Shown: positions 13,601 to 26,744 of the stretch, in pieces
How the letters are laid out: each line of letters begins with the position of its first letter
Numbering within the stretch: position 1 is the first letter of the stretch
Assembly (NCBI GenBank): GCA_964016885.1
Contig: OZ024741.1
Span: forward strand, 310,992,001 to 311,056,000
Length of the DNA: 64,000 nucleotides
DNA from: Eledone cirrhosa
Taxonomy: Eukaryota
Direction: 5' to 3'
Program-made: the position numbers and the translations under genes
The notes under the pieces: model-generated
Told to the model about the DNA's origin: nothing
Database searches by the model: none
Seen by the model: only the letters and a program-made list of their open reading frames with translations

Positions 13601-16600
13601 TGTCATTGGATCGCCACGTGACAAGGTGACGGCGAGGATGTTGGAACCGGTGCTGGTGACGATAAGTCGACTGGCATCCGCGAAGGACACGAGCCGTTCA
13701 ACATTGTCACAGCGTATGCCTAGGGCGAAGCGTCCTAGAATATGCTGTGTTGTATCATCAGCCGGCCCCGTCCGCGCATTCCAGTCCCCAGCGACAATAA
13801 GAACATCACTGGAGAGGACGCCATCCACGGTTGTTTGGAGATCGGCATAGAACTGCGTCTTGTCCGCCTCGTCCGCATTGAGTGTGGGAGCGTAGACGGC
13901 AATTACGCTGATGTTGGAGATTTGATCCTTCAATCGAACCAGCGCGAGTCGGTGTGAGATCGGCTGCCACGCCAGCAGAGCCACTTGCGCGTCGGGGCCG
14001 AGCGCTACAGCGACCCCGTGAGGGCCACTGTTGTCAGTCACGCCACTATGGTACAAGTGGTAGGAGATGTCCTCGCCAGGAACTTTGATCGGAAGATGAC
14101 CAACATCGGGAAGTCGAACTTCTGAAAGGCAAGCGACACTAACGCAGTACCTGCGCAGACCCTTCTTCGTAAGTGCCTGGACAACGTCGTCACGAAGTGT
14201 TCGGACGTTCGAGGACGCCACCCTCAATTCGTTCCTTCGTCTGAAGAACGGGACTACTGCGGGAGTAGTCTGTAGAGCCATAGCGGTAGGAGCGCTGTTG
14301 CTTTGCATTACGTTCGTAGCGGGAAGGCAATTCGTATTCATAGTTCTTATTTGTAGGATTCATGGAAGAAGTGTGATGGGAGTAGGGAATTCACAAGCGG
14401 TCCCCAAAAATCCCGCATGTATACCCCGAACGAGGGGAAAAACGTCGTGATTGCCGCAGATTCTCAACAGACGCAGGGACAGAAACGACCCGAAGCCGCC
14501 GGTTACCGGAGCCGACACCCCTTGGATTTTTCACCAGAGCCCCATTTGCCGGTTTGCGGCCCTAATACCGTTGGGTGCCAGACCAATCCGCCTTGGGTGG
14601 CACTACCAGGAACCGAAGTTCCCGACGGCATAGCTCTGACACTACTCGTTGCCACCGCCATGCCACGTTGAGGAGGGGTTCGACTTTAGGTTGGTACTGA
14701 CTTAAGGACAGCACTCAATAAATCTCATAAATGGAAATCTCCTGGTAGAGACAGGGTGCCAAATTTCTGGCTTTCCTCACTCCCGTGCATTCACAATATA
14801 TTGCTCAAGCTGTTTAATGGAATTATGAAAGATCCCCAAAATACACCTGATTGGATAGCAAGTGGCATTATCCACCTTCTACCAAAGAACAACGAAACCA
14901 AAGATCCAAAAAACTATCGGCCCATAACCGGCTTGTCCACCACTTATAAACTATTAACCTCTATTCTCATGGAAAAAGCATACGTGTTTTTGGAGGAGAA
15001 CAATCTTTTCCCCATTGAACAAAAAAGGTGCCGACGAGGTTCATATGGTTGCAAAGATCAACTTTTGATTAATCGTATGATCCTTGAGAACTGTCATAAT
15101 AAACACAGAAATCTCAGTTCTGCATGGATCGATTATGAAAAGGCCTTTGGCAGCATACCACACTCATGGATTCTGAAATCACTGGACATATTCAAAATCT
15201 TACCTGTGATCTCAAACTTCCTGAAGCACACTATGTCATTATAGAACACAAATCTCCAATTGTCTCATTCCACTGGGGTACTGTGCTCTAGGAATATAAA
15301 CATCAACTGTGGTATATTCCAGGGTGACTCATTTTCACCCTTGCTTTTCTGCATAGCTTTAATGCCCCTTAGACCCGAACTTAATAGAACTGGGTACGGT
15401 TATAGAATTGATAAAAAGAAATAAGCCACCTATTTTATATGGATCATTTGAAACTATATTGCAAAGATAATGACGAACAGGAAGGCATTTTGCGGACAGT
15501 TAAAACGTTTAGCGATGATATCAGGATGGAGTTTGGACTTGACAAGTGTGCAAAAGCCACTGTCAACTCAGACTCAGTTGAATTGGATGCTGAAATAATC
15601 ATAAAGGAACTTGAGCAGGAACAAACCTATAAATACTTAGCGATTAATGAGGGCTCTGGCATACAGCATGCAAGTATGGAAGAGAGGATAAGGAAAGAAT
15701 GTTACAGGAGAGTAGGCGCAGTTCTGAGATCAGAACTAAACGCTCGTAACAAGATGCTAGCCATACATTCCTTGGCAGTCCCAGTTGTCACTTATAGCTT
15801 CGGTGTGTTGAACTGGAATATGAGTGAAATCAAAAGAATCGACACCAAAGTCCGTAAGCTACTGACCTGTAATAGGATGCACCACCCAAAAGCAGATGTG
15901 GATCGTCTTTACCTTCCTAGAACTCAAGGATGCCGGGGCCTGACCCAATTTGAACTTGCTTACAAGACCACCATCATTGGACTGGCCAAATACCTTGAAA
16001 CAACTAATGACTGTATGCTGAAACTTGTTGAAAAGCATGAGAGAAGTTAGAAGCTTCATTCTATCTTGAAGGAGAGCAACAAATATGCTACTGATCTCAT
16101 GCTTGATACCCAGGCTGGACAAACTAAAGAAACTGTTGCAACTGATGCTGCTAGGCACATAAAATCACTGGCAAAAGCTAAAGGGCAAGGACAATTAGCA
16201 TCAAATTGGGAGCAGAAACCTCTGCATGGCAAATATGTGGCCCGTAGCAAACAAGCTGATGTTGACCAAAAGCACACCCATCAGTGGCTACGTAGTTCAG
16301 GGCTAAAGGCGGAGAGTGAAAGCTTTATCTTAGCTTCCCAAGATCAAAGCTTATTGACTCGTAATTACCAGGCCAATGTGATGAGAAACGGAATAAACCC
16401 AAAGTGCCGATTCTGCAATGCTGAGGTTGAAACAGTGGATCACTTAGTCTCTGGATGTAAAGTTTTAGCACCAGTAGAATATAAATATAGACATGACAGA
16501 GTTTGCCAATATCTACACTGGGTAATATGTCGGCATTACAAAATCAAAGCTGAAGACAAGTGGTACAATCATCACCCTGAGGCTGTAACTGAAGGAGAAA

Positions 16601-17160
16601 AAGTAACAATTCTCTGGGACTTTCCTGTACATACTGACAGGACCATAAAAGCAAATAGACCTGACATCATTGTGAAAGATCAACATAACAATGTCTGTTT
16701 GTTGATAGCTATAACATCCCAGCTGATCACAATATCGCGGCAAAAGAGTTTGAGAAGCTACGAAAATATAAAGATTTGCTTATTGAAATTGAGAAAATGT
16801 GGCACCTCAAGACCGTTACAATACCAGTGATTGTGGGAGGACTGGGAATGATCAAGAGTGGAACAGAACAATATTTGCGAATGATTCCTGGCTTACCCTC
16901 TCTGCACGAGGTGCAAAAAATTGTTTTGACTGGTACTGCCCACATATTGAGAAGAGCACTCTCTCTGTAAGATTGATATCCCTCCGTGTATTTACATATG
17001 CATATGTACGTGTGTATATATGTATACTGTTTTTTTATTTTTTTTTAATAATCAATGTGCTGTATTAACTGGCTTACCAATGCATACTGAATTTATTTGC
17101 CCTAGGTGTCAGGAAGACACTAGGCATATATCTCAGAAATAATAATGAAAGAAAATAAAA
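10665..17160 (+). mobile_element. R4/Dong-type RLE retrotransposon, 5'-truncated, interrupted by an RTE at 11269-14698
   Basis: Removing the insert restores EDISIADLRTALNKSHKWKSPGRDRVPNFW. Also NYRPIT, WIDYEKAF, GIFQGD, (Y)MDHLKLY, FGLDKC, DRLYLPR, CRFC..ETVDHLVSGC, RHD and NRPDII; AAT-rich tail. Confidence 0.92.
11269..14698 (-). mobile_element. Full-length (~3.4 kb) RTE-clade LINE with frameshifts; TSD GACTTAA
   Basis: Endonuclease SNVRTL, LSEVR, VYAPT, GDWNA; RT FIDFAAAFDS, GVRQGCALSPTLFN, LAYAD, YLGS, RRLRWFGH; short tandem 3' tail; GACTTAA at 11262-11268 and 14699-14705. Confidence 0.93.
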
Positions 17161-17170
17161 ATAATAATAA

Positions 17171-20100
17171 TGTTTTCTTTATTGGCCACAAGGGCTAACA
17201 TGAATAAAAACATTACAGACAGCACATAATGGTACAGGACGATACAAAGAGGGTTTGGGCCGTGTAAAAAAGGTTATAACATGAAGATAGAAATATCAAA
17301 AAATACAAACAAACAAAAATTCCACTATAGGGGGGAAACTTCCGAGGGTCACTCGTGCCGGAAACCACACAAAATACCACGGCCACCCTGACCACTAGGG
17401 CAAGCACCCTCTCACAGTTTCCACTCCTCAGTCTACAGGCGCATACTCAGAGCAGGCCCGTTCACGCGGACCAGACTCGCCACTTTCACCCACCTTTCAA
17501 CAAACTTACTAGAAGAGAGCACTTGCCTCTCCATCTTGATTCTCCTCTTCAAGTGAAATTTGAAAAAGTTAATCAGGGATTCGCCGAATACAAAAGTGTA
17601 CATCTTCAATCCTTTCAACCTTGTCCACCATACAATCTATTTCGCCGTGGCCACCAGGCAGATGAAAACTGCCTGCCCTTCCTCCTCTTTAAAGGAGGAC
17701 GGCGGGGCTATCTGCACAATGGCTCAGTCGATAACCGGATGTTCGACATAGCTCCACAAGTCAGCAATACTCGGACACTGAACGAGTGCGTGCACAACTG
17801 TTTCGTCGAGGCCCTGTGCGCATATCGGACAGGTTCGGCTGACTGCAATTCCGTTCCTCTAGAGCTTATCTCGAACCTGCAACACTCCCCGGTAGCATTG
17901 CCAAGCCAGGGATTTCTGGAAGTTGTCCATAGGCCCCAGGATGACAGTTTTCTTGGAGAGAACGAATAGATGATCGTCTTCGACGCCCAGTGTCTCCCCG
18001 AGAACGTCGTCACTCTTCCCCTCCACTAGTCCTCTACAGAACGCTGACGTGGATGTTCCACTGATACAAGTGCCCAGCTGGTAGAAGGCTGTGACCGTTC
18101 ACCTTCAGAACTGAGCAGATGTCGCTGTGCATCGCAGCGATCCAACCCCTGAAAATGGGCCCGAAACCAGCCGCCTCGAGGATCGCCGCCAGGTACCGAT
18201 GGTCGACCCTATCAAATGCCTTGTATTGATCCAAGTCGATCAGGGCCCCACCCGTGTCAGTTTCCTTAACCACCCTCTCTATGATGTATCGCATGAGGTG
18301 GAGGTTGTCGTGGATTGATCTGTCTGGAATGGTGTATGTTTGCGCCTCTGCCACGAGATCACGGACGACAAGCGCCAATCTCGTAGCTAACACCTTGGCC
18401 AAAATTTTGAAATCTGTGTTTAACAGAATTATGGGCCTGAAGTTGTCTATAAGGTCCCCTTTGTTCGGGTCTTTTCTCAACAGTACCACCACTCCCCGGG
18501 TCACAAAACTGGGAATGCTCCCGTTCTGTTACCAGTTGCAGTAGACGTCTGCCAAGAGGTCGCCGAACAAGTCTGGCATGTACGCATAAAACTTCTAGGG
18601 CAGACCATCCAAACCTGGCAATTTACCCCTCGTGCAGCCAGGCATCTCTTCCCGTATTTCACCAGCTGTTATCGGCTTTTCACAATACTGCGCTGCGGTC
18701 CTCGAGAGCTACGGCAGTCCCTCGAGGTATGCACTGAAGTTTATACAACGACCCGGCCCGCCGCCGCTCCCAAACAGTTGAGCAAAGTGCTGCTAAAAAG
18801 CCTCACAGATCTGCTCGGGTTCGAATAACATGCGTCCGTTTTCGTCAGGCAAGGACTGACTGGTGGATTTGTTGCCACGTCGTGCCTCCACCACCCGGAC
18901 TGAATGCACAGCTTTTAACCCTTGTCTCTCAGAGCGCGCGCTGTAGCTCTGACATCGCAGCCTTCGTGCTTTGCGTTGAATAATTGGTCGAATGCTAATC
19001 TCGCCGCAATCTCGCCGTAAGCCTGTCCTAAACGCCTCTTCTAGCTTTCTAACTAGCTCTCCCACTACTCTATTTTACTCTATCACTACTCCTTTGCTAA
19101 ACCTTATCGTTTCTATTCTAATAGCCCTTTTCAAGGTAAACCAACAACTATTGTTGACGATCGCACCCGCCAAAACACGCTTAACTAATTCGCTTATCCG
19201 GTCTAAGTGAGCTTTGCGTGATGGGAAAGACGCGGTCAGCTTCCAGTAACCGGGTCCTTGCCTATGGATTCTATCTATGTCAACTTCACAGATCACAAAT
19301 TTGTGGTCCGTGTAGTCGACCTCTTTAAATTGTGGACAACCTACGCTAGTCTTATGTTTCCCTACAGAATACCCTATCTAGATACGATCTGGATGACCCG
19401 ATGCGGTTTGCCATGCCTTTACCCCTCTTTGTTTGCCTTCACTTTTGGAGGGTGAAGGTAAGGGGTTCTTTCTTTTTTGTTTTTTGTGGCAGACCGTTTG
19501 CCACTTCACTCTCGCCTCAGACTCTATGTCGGATTACGTGGCGTCTGGCAAGAGTATGTGCTCCACGGCTGTTGGTGGTGGTAGTGGAGCCCTCTCTGCA
19601 AATATAGCTACTGGTGTTGCCGCCACAGCTGCTGCTGTTTTCGTTGTCCGTAGCATGGGTATGGGTTCCACAGACGTTGCTCTCTTACCCACCGTGGAAG
19701 AGTCTTCTGCCTTTGTTGCATTCCCTGCTCTTGGTAGCAGCGGATCATGCGCGGTAGTACGGTGACCTTCTTATTCGCTGTCTTCTGCGGGCAAAAGGCC
19801 CTGAGGTGACCATTTGACCCATAGAGATAGCATTTTGGCGCCTTCCTTCCACGCTTATAGGGAGTTGGAGTCCTTCCTCGAGGTCTATGATATCGGGGAT
19901 AGCCTCGATACACTCCTGGTCATTTTGTATAAGCATTTGCATGCCTATACCTGACCAGTTCTCTCTCCCTATTTTCTCTACTTGCAGTATGGCCGTCCTG
20001 TCCTCGCTTCCAGCAAGGAGAGACGTGACCAGTGCAGGTATGGGCACGTCGGGAGGGAGCGGGGTCACTTTGACCCGCACAATTTTCTGCCCGTAGTAGG

Positions 20101-20950
20101 AGGCCACCAAGACTATCTCCTCACTCTTTAGGGTTACCAAAGAGTGAGACTTCGCCTCCTGTGTGGTGGCAAAAGTACGTCTACTGTGGCATATTTTTTC
20201 CCTTGGGGGATGTGGGTTTTGCGTGCGCAGGCGCACCCCAAGGCCTCTTGGATTTGAGTCGCCGTGGCTGTCTCCACCCGATGTGGCATTTTGCTTACAG
20301 TGCGGTAAGTCACTGTCCGTAACTGCTGGCCCTTGAAAAGATCGGGTGGAGGTTTCAGAGAGACTCGATTGGCATTTCTTGTCACCATGGCCCTTGCGAC
20401 TGCCAACTCCTCCTCCGAGGCTAGCACTGTTTCGATACTTCGGGTCCCACATGCAAAAGAAGTAGCCCCTCTTTCAGCGGTAACACTATTGCTGTCACTA
20501 CTGCTGTTACTGTTCTTGCTGTTGGTGCTGATATCGTTGTTACAGGTATTGATGTCTTTGCTGTTGTTTTTGTTGATACTGTTCCCACTGTTATTGTTGT
20601 TGTATCTGTTGTTATTGTCATTGTTATTGTCTTTCTCGACCTTATCGCTGTTATTTTTGTTGTTGCTGTTGTTATTGATCGTGTTGTTGTTGGTGTTATT
20701 GTTGGTGTTGTTTGTGTTATTAATATTTGGTGATTTTAAATCTGAAAAAATATCAGTAAAAACGATATTGTTCCTCTTTTCCTTCGTAATATTTTCTTTT
20801 ATATTCACCTTCGCTAGAACGCTGTCTTGTTGATATGTTGACAAAAATACCCCTCTCTGAGTTGTCTGACAGCGTGCTCTCTCTATTTTGTGTTATCCAT
20901 GTTTGAACTAACATTTTTTTACATAATACGACACCACATAAAGGGGGGCC
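17171..20950 (-). mobile_element. L1/Tx1 LINE (copy D) with internal deletions at ~18090 (RT core) and ~19400 (most of the endonuclease)
   Basis: ORF1 has poly-Asn, ENWSG and a knuckle remnant (CYLYGSNGHLRAFCP). ORF2 has GPGYWKL, NFRPIILLN and LDQYKAFDRV, then jumps to the C-terminal region. Shared 3' end. Confidence 0.88.
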
Positions 20951-21125
20951 GTATTATTTACGAGTGAACTTCCTGTATTAGGTGGGTCATTTCTTCTAAT
21001 CTCTTATCAAGTTTAAAACTTGAATAAAAGTTTAAGACAGATGAAGTCGATGAATACTGTTGAAAAAAAACAAAACTGGAGCCGATTAGTAGTGTGGCTT
21101 CACCTTCAATAATAATAATAATAAC

Positions 21126-21230
21126 AATTGTTTCTACTTTAGGCACTAGGCCAGCAAATACCCAGTTCATTACTGGTACTTTATTTTATCGACCCCGTAA
21201 GGATGAAAGGCAAAGTCAACATCGGCGGGA
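21126..21230 (-). mobile_element. SINE 3' half, broken at the 3' end of Tx1 copy E
   Basis: CCCCGTAAGGATGAAAGGCAAAGTCAAC core ends abruptly at GGCGGGA|ATAATGATTTC. Confidence 0.85.
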
Positions 21231-24200
21231 ATAATGATTTCATTTATTGGCCACAAGGGCCGACAAATAGGGGACAATACAAAAGACTGGGACAGTGGGG
21301 TTTTACAGAAAAATCGAGTAAACAATAGGAATAACAATAACAAAATAACAATAACAAAGTAACAATAAAGTAACAATAAAATTACAACAAGAAAAAATTG
21401 CCCAATAGAGGGGATGACCACCCAGGTTTCGCTCAGGTACCCCACCATTCCTGAAGGACCCGACGCTTCGAGAGCACCCTGGAAGGGCACCCCTCTCCTC
21501 CTCAGATTTACCTACCTACAGCCGCATGACCATTCTCGCCACATTCACCCACCTTTCAGCAAATGTACTGGGGGGCAGCACTTCTCTCTCCACCCTCACC
21601 TTCCTTTCCAAGTGAAACTTGAAAAAGTTGATGAGGGAATGGCCGAAGTGTCTGTCTTCAGTCTTTTCAACTTCGTCCACCATACAACCTCTTTCGCTAC
21701 TGCCACCAGACTGAGGAAAATTGCCTGCCCTTCCTGGCCAAAAGAAGGCGGCGGGTCGATCTTCACTATGGACTCGGCCGATAGCCGGATCCGTTCTACA
21801 CGCGACAACAGCTGTTCAACATAACTCCACAAGTCAGTAATGCACGGACACTGGACGAGTGCGTGCAGAACGGTTTCGTCGCTCTGTGCGCATCTCGGGC
21901 AGGTCCGTCTGACAGCACTTAGAGTTTATCTCGAAGCGGCAGTGCTCCCGGTAGCACTGCCAAGCGAGGGACTTTTGGAAATTATCCATCGTCCCCGGCT
22001 CGAAAGTCCTCCGGTACAGACTGGTTAGTACGACTTCGTTGACTCCCAGAGCCTCTCCGAGTGCGTCGTCGCACTTTCCCACCACTAATCCTTTATAGAA
22101 CTCGAGAGTGGAAATTCCACTGACCTCATTGGCCGCCTGGTAGAGGGCAGTGAGTGCCTGGCATCATACCAGATGCCACTCACCCAGTCTCAGTCTCTTC
22201 TTGACCCAGGACTGCAGCTCAGTCAAAGAAACGAGCTGCGGAAAGGCCCGTCTGACAAACGGCGACCACACTTGTTCACCGTTTAGGCAGAATATCTGGA
22301 GAAGCCGCAGCCTCAGTGCGTGCCTGCGCATCATTAGCCACGCCATGCCCAGCCCTCCACGTAGAGGGTTCTGGCAGCAGATGGACTGCTCTTCGCTAAC
22401 CTCTGGTCAAGATCTTAAACTCTGTGTTGAGCAGAGTTATGGGCCTGAAATTGTCTAATGCGTCCCTCTTGTTCTCGTCTTTCCTTATCAGAGTCACTCC
22501 GCCCCGGCTCACAGAACTGGGAATATTCCCGTTTTGCTGCCAGTTGCAGTAGAGGGCTTCGAGGAGATTGGAGAACAAGTCTGGCATATTTACGTAAAGC
22601 TCGTGGGGCAGACCATCCAAACCGGGTGACTTGCGCCTCATGCAGCCGACAAGGGCATCCTGAATCTCGGCTGAAGTAATTGGCCTATGCAGCGCCCAGC
22701 GTCAACCGTCGAGAGTTGCCGCAAGCCATCGAGGAAGGGACTGAAGTCCGCCACCATCTCTGACCCGCCACTTCCCCCGAACAACCGAGCAAAATGTTGG
22801 CGAAAGGCCTCACACATCCGCTTGGAATCGCTCAGCTCGCGTCTCTCTCCGTCCGTCAAAGACCGAATCGTGGTTTTATTACCACGCTGGGCCTCTGCCA
22901 CGCGGACCCATCGAACAACTTTGGTTCCCTCGTTTCTCAGAGCACGCGCCTTAGCTCTGACAATGCAACCTTCGTGTTTCGCATTGAAGAAATGGTCTTA
23001 TGCCATTCTCGCCGCTAGCACGTCAGTTGCAATGCCACTACCAATAGCCTCGTCTAACTTATCTACCAACTCCCCCTCCTTTCTATTTTTCTCTAACGCT
23101 ACTTCTTTGCTAAACTCTATCGACATTACTCTAATCTCTCTTTTGAGAGCCCCCCCCCCCACCATCTATTGTTGACGACTCCCCCTGTCAACTTTTTCTT
23201 AACTGAATTGTTGACCTGGTCCCTTTAAGCCTTACGTGCCGGAAATGACACGTTTAGCTTCCAGTAACCAGGTCCTAACCTACGCCTCTTATCTAGGTCG
23301 ACCATACAGATCACACACTTGTGATCTGAATAGGCGACCGTTTCAAAACGTGGACAGCTTACACGATTTCTGTCTATTTTCCTAATGAATATCCTGTCTA
23401 TATACGATCTAGATGACCCTATGCGGTTAGCCCAGGTCCACACTGGCGAATTAGGGAAATCTAGTCGGTACCTGTCAGACAGTTGGAACTGGCTGATCAG
23501 GTTCTTGAGGCTTTTGCACCCCCCGCTCCTATCGGATACTCCCACACAGTCCCAGCGTGCGTCTAAGATGCCGTTCCAGTCCCCCGTTAACAGTAAAAGG
23601 CGAGACGTACCCAGAAAGGCTTACAGGCGTCTAAAGAAGTACGGCCGTCCTGCCCCAGTAGGAGCATAGGCGGCCACTAGTCTAAAGGCACCACCTTCGT
23701 TATTGTTCACGTCCAGGACCACCAAGTTCCCGTCCGAGTCCCGGAAGATCGACCTTACCTAGAGATCCAGGCCTTTCCTAAACAGCACTGACAGCCCGCC
23801 TCTCATTCCCGGCCGGCTAACAGATGCAAAGATCTGATAGTCTTCGAAAATGGGGGCTGTGCGCGCGTGTCGGAAATCCTGGTCTCGCTGACGGCAATTA
23901 CATCCATTTCTATAGACCTGAGGTCGTTGAGCAGGTGACCCTGCTTCCAGGACGACCCCAGGCCTCGAACATTTAAACATTCTACTCTTAATACGGCCAT
24001 GTTGGCAGGTTAAAAAGAGAGAGAGGAGGGTTTACTTACCTCCCGGGCTCTTGTGAAGGTCGGGTTGTTCGACCTCCATAGTTGGTGGGGTTTCTTTTGG
24101 GAACCCCTTTAATAGTCTTGAAGTGGGTTTTGCGTTCGGGGTTCCCACGTCCCGAGGAAAGCTGTCTCGTATTTCTTTGAATAAATCGATCGACATTCGC

Positions 24201-25500
24201 ACCAGAACCAAATCTTCCGGCACGCGAAATGTGCTCGATTAAAAGATTTCCCCCTCTTTTTGTATATTTTCACTTCGTGCTACGAGGGCCATCAGTTCCT
24301 TGTTGGCCCTCCTGACGAGCACGAAGTTTTGTATGTTTTGTTGGTGTGATTTTATTTGCTTGCGTGGCTGTGGTGGTGATGGTTTTGGTGGTGTTGTTTC
24401 GGTTGTGTCTGTGGTTGTTGTGAGTGCGGTGTCTGTGGTTTCAGATGTTTGTGTGTATATTTTTTCTTGCGTATGTTTAGGTTGTTTGCGTTTGGGGGAT
24501 TCTGGTGATGGTGATGGTGTTATTGGAGAGATGTTTGAAGGATCTCCAGGTCAACCCCGGACCAGTCCTCTCTGGCCGTTCTGGTCACTTCTATAGGGAC
24601 GGTATCCGTGCCCTCCACAATCACACATCCCAGAAGCCACCACATGTCAAGTCTTGGTGGGATTCTGGGAATGCGGAGACGGGCCGTTCTTTTTCTCATG
24701 TGGGAGGGGTACATTATGACCTTGATAGTTTTGCAAGGAGTCATAGCGTGTTTCATAGCGAGGGCTTCTGACTTGAATAACACCGAAATGGTGCCGTACT
24801 GTTTGCCCCTCTCTATGTATTTGGTGTCTTCTCTGATGCACCTCAGCGCGACTTCGACATCTGCTTATGGGATTAAACCTGCCCTTTTGGTTTGTGCTGA
24901 GATGCATCAATAATGCACCGTTCTGCGCTCCACTGCCTCAATAGCTGCTACCGGGACAGTTAAGTTGGCCCAGGTTTGCTCTTGCTTGATGAGCTTCCAT
25001 GCCTGGGCCAACTTTTCATCTTTGTTTGAGAGGTCTATGTTGAAGCATGGCCTCTTTTTTGCTGCTGCCGCAGCGAAAGTCTTCTTCTTGTTTTCGTTGG
25101 GGGTGTTGTTGTCGTTGTTCCTGTTGGTGTTGTCGTTATCACTGTCGCTGTTATCATTGTTGTTTTTGTTGCCACCGTTGTTCTCGGTGCTGTTGGTATT
25201 GTTGGTGTTGGTGTTGTCGCTATTTGTTTTCATGTTAGTGGTTTGATATTGTTGCATTTGTCATTTTTATTTTGTTATCTGTATTTTCGTTGTCGCTGTT
25301 ATTGTCATTTTTTATCAAAATTAGAGTTCTCATTGGTATCATTGGTGTCTTTGTTTACATTGTTTGTGGTGGTGTTTGTGTTATCAATGTGTGTTAATTT
25401 CGCTGTAGCGCTCCTCTCAACTTCTACGTCCTCGTCGCACGACAGCAGACATATCGCTGGAGGGCGTGGCTCAGCCATGTTTTTTTTTCCGTAAATTTTT
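21231..25500 (-). mobile_element. L1/Tx1 LINE (copy E, more divergent subfamily) with the RT core deleted at ~22395
   Basis: ORF1 from ~25478 (MAEPRPP.., N-rich, REDWSG). ORF2 starts at 24000 with MAVLRVECLNVRGL..SET, then GPGYWKLN, KSPGLDGLP and NFRPITLLN, and jumps to CCQNPLRGGLGM. Confidence 0.88.
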
Positions 25501-26018
25501 TAACATGTTTTAACGGATTTACGTACGTGTGCGCGTGTTTATGTGTACGTGCTTTATATGCAGGCATGACGTGTGTTTTCATGTAAGCATGTGTATGTAC
25601 GTATATAGATGTGTGTACGTATTTTAATTATTATTACTTTTATGATTTTAGTAACCTCTGTCATTTTCGTTCAACTAATTCATTTACATTATTCTTAACT
25701 CCGAAGCCGTGAATCATTTGGCTTCCTAAATAGAGTATTAGTCTAATGACTCCATTTATACCATAAACGTGGTTTTGTCTTTTGTTCTACCCCTCCACAT
25801 AACGACGTATTATCTTGACTTTTTTCCGTTCATTGCCACGGAACGTCTTCACGAGCCAAAGTATCGTCTCTCCTATTTTCCTTCGGTTGCAACGTTTTTC
25901 GAAATATTCACTTCTGCGTTCACATTGATTTTTTGATTTCAGAAGATCCCGTTAAGTGTGAAACTAGCGATTCTCTGCTTAAACTGAAATCTGTTATTTA
26001 AAAAAATATATATATATG

Positions 26019-26062
<44 letters not shown>

Positions 26063-26161
26063 TATATGTATATATATACATATATATATATATATATACA
26101 TATATATATAAAAAATAAAGTAAAATAAAAGTCAAATGTTTAAAATTTAGCTTCGTTTATT

Positions 26162-26216
26162 ACTGCTATATATATTTCGGTGACAGCCATCTTTGGCTGT
26201 GACCTCTTCAGGCAGT
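26162..26216 (-). ncRNA. Minimal type I hammerhead ribozyme motif
   Basis: ACTGC-CTGAAGA-GGTCACAGCCA AAGA TGGCTGTCACC-GAAA-TATATA-TA-GCAGT. Confidence 0.85.
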
Positions 26217-26386
26217 CCGAATTAGTGTGGTATAGACAAGTACATATATTGTTGAAGTGCATAATTTTGTCAATACTCTGATATGCCCAGTTACTGGTTG
26301 GGTTGTTATTTCACTGAGGAACTGGAATCATATATATGATTCCAGTTACAACAATATATGTACTTGTCTATGCCAGACTAATTCGG

Positions 26387-26443
26387 ACTGCCTGAAGAGG
26401 TCACAGCCAAAGATGGCTGTCACCGAAATATATATATAGCAGT
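26387..26443 (+). ncRNA. Minimal type I hammerhead ribozyme motif; predicted cut after 26438 (AUA)
   Basis: Stem I ACTGC/GCAGT, CTGAAGA at 26392-26398, 11-position stem II with one mismatch, GAAA at 26425-26428, palindromic stem III. Confidence 0.88.
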
Positions 26444-26586
26444 AATAAACGAAGCTAAATTTTAAACATCTGACTTTTTATTTTACTTTATTTTACATTA
26501 CTCCGGAGTAACCAAACCAACCTGCGCACTTCGTCGAGTGTTCCAGCCTGCATACTGAGGTGTTGGTATACAACCAACATATACTC

Positions 26587-26689
<103 letters not shown>

Positions 26690-26744
26690 TTCGTTTCTGA
26701 ATTTGTTTAGCAAGATTCTTTATCTGAAAACATGTGTTACAACC

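Noticed and set aside
20333-20833. Leu-rich membrane-protein-like ORF (also 8263-8505 and 24965-25246)
   Set aside because: These are antisense readings of the (AAC)n Asn/Thr-rich Tx1 ORF1 N-terminus.
18085-22400. RT-core loss in Tx1 copies D and E as a shared non-autonomous subfamily
   Set aside because: Breakpoints and ORF1 subfamilies differ, which is consistent with independent deletions.
25780-25990. Possible minus-strand exon after ATTTCAG
   Set aside because: Stops occur in the frames examined and there is no recognisable domain.
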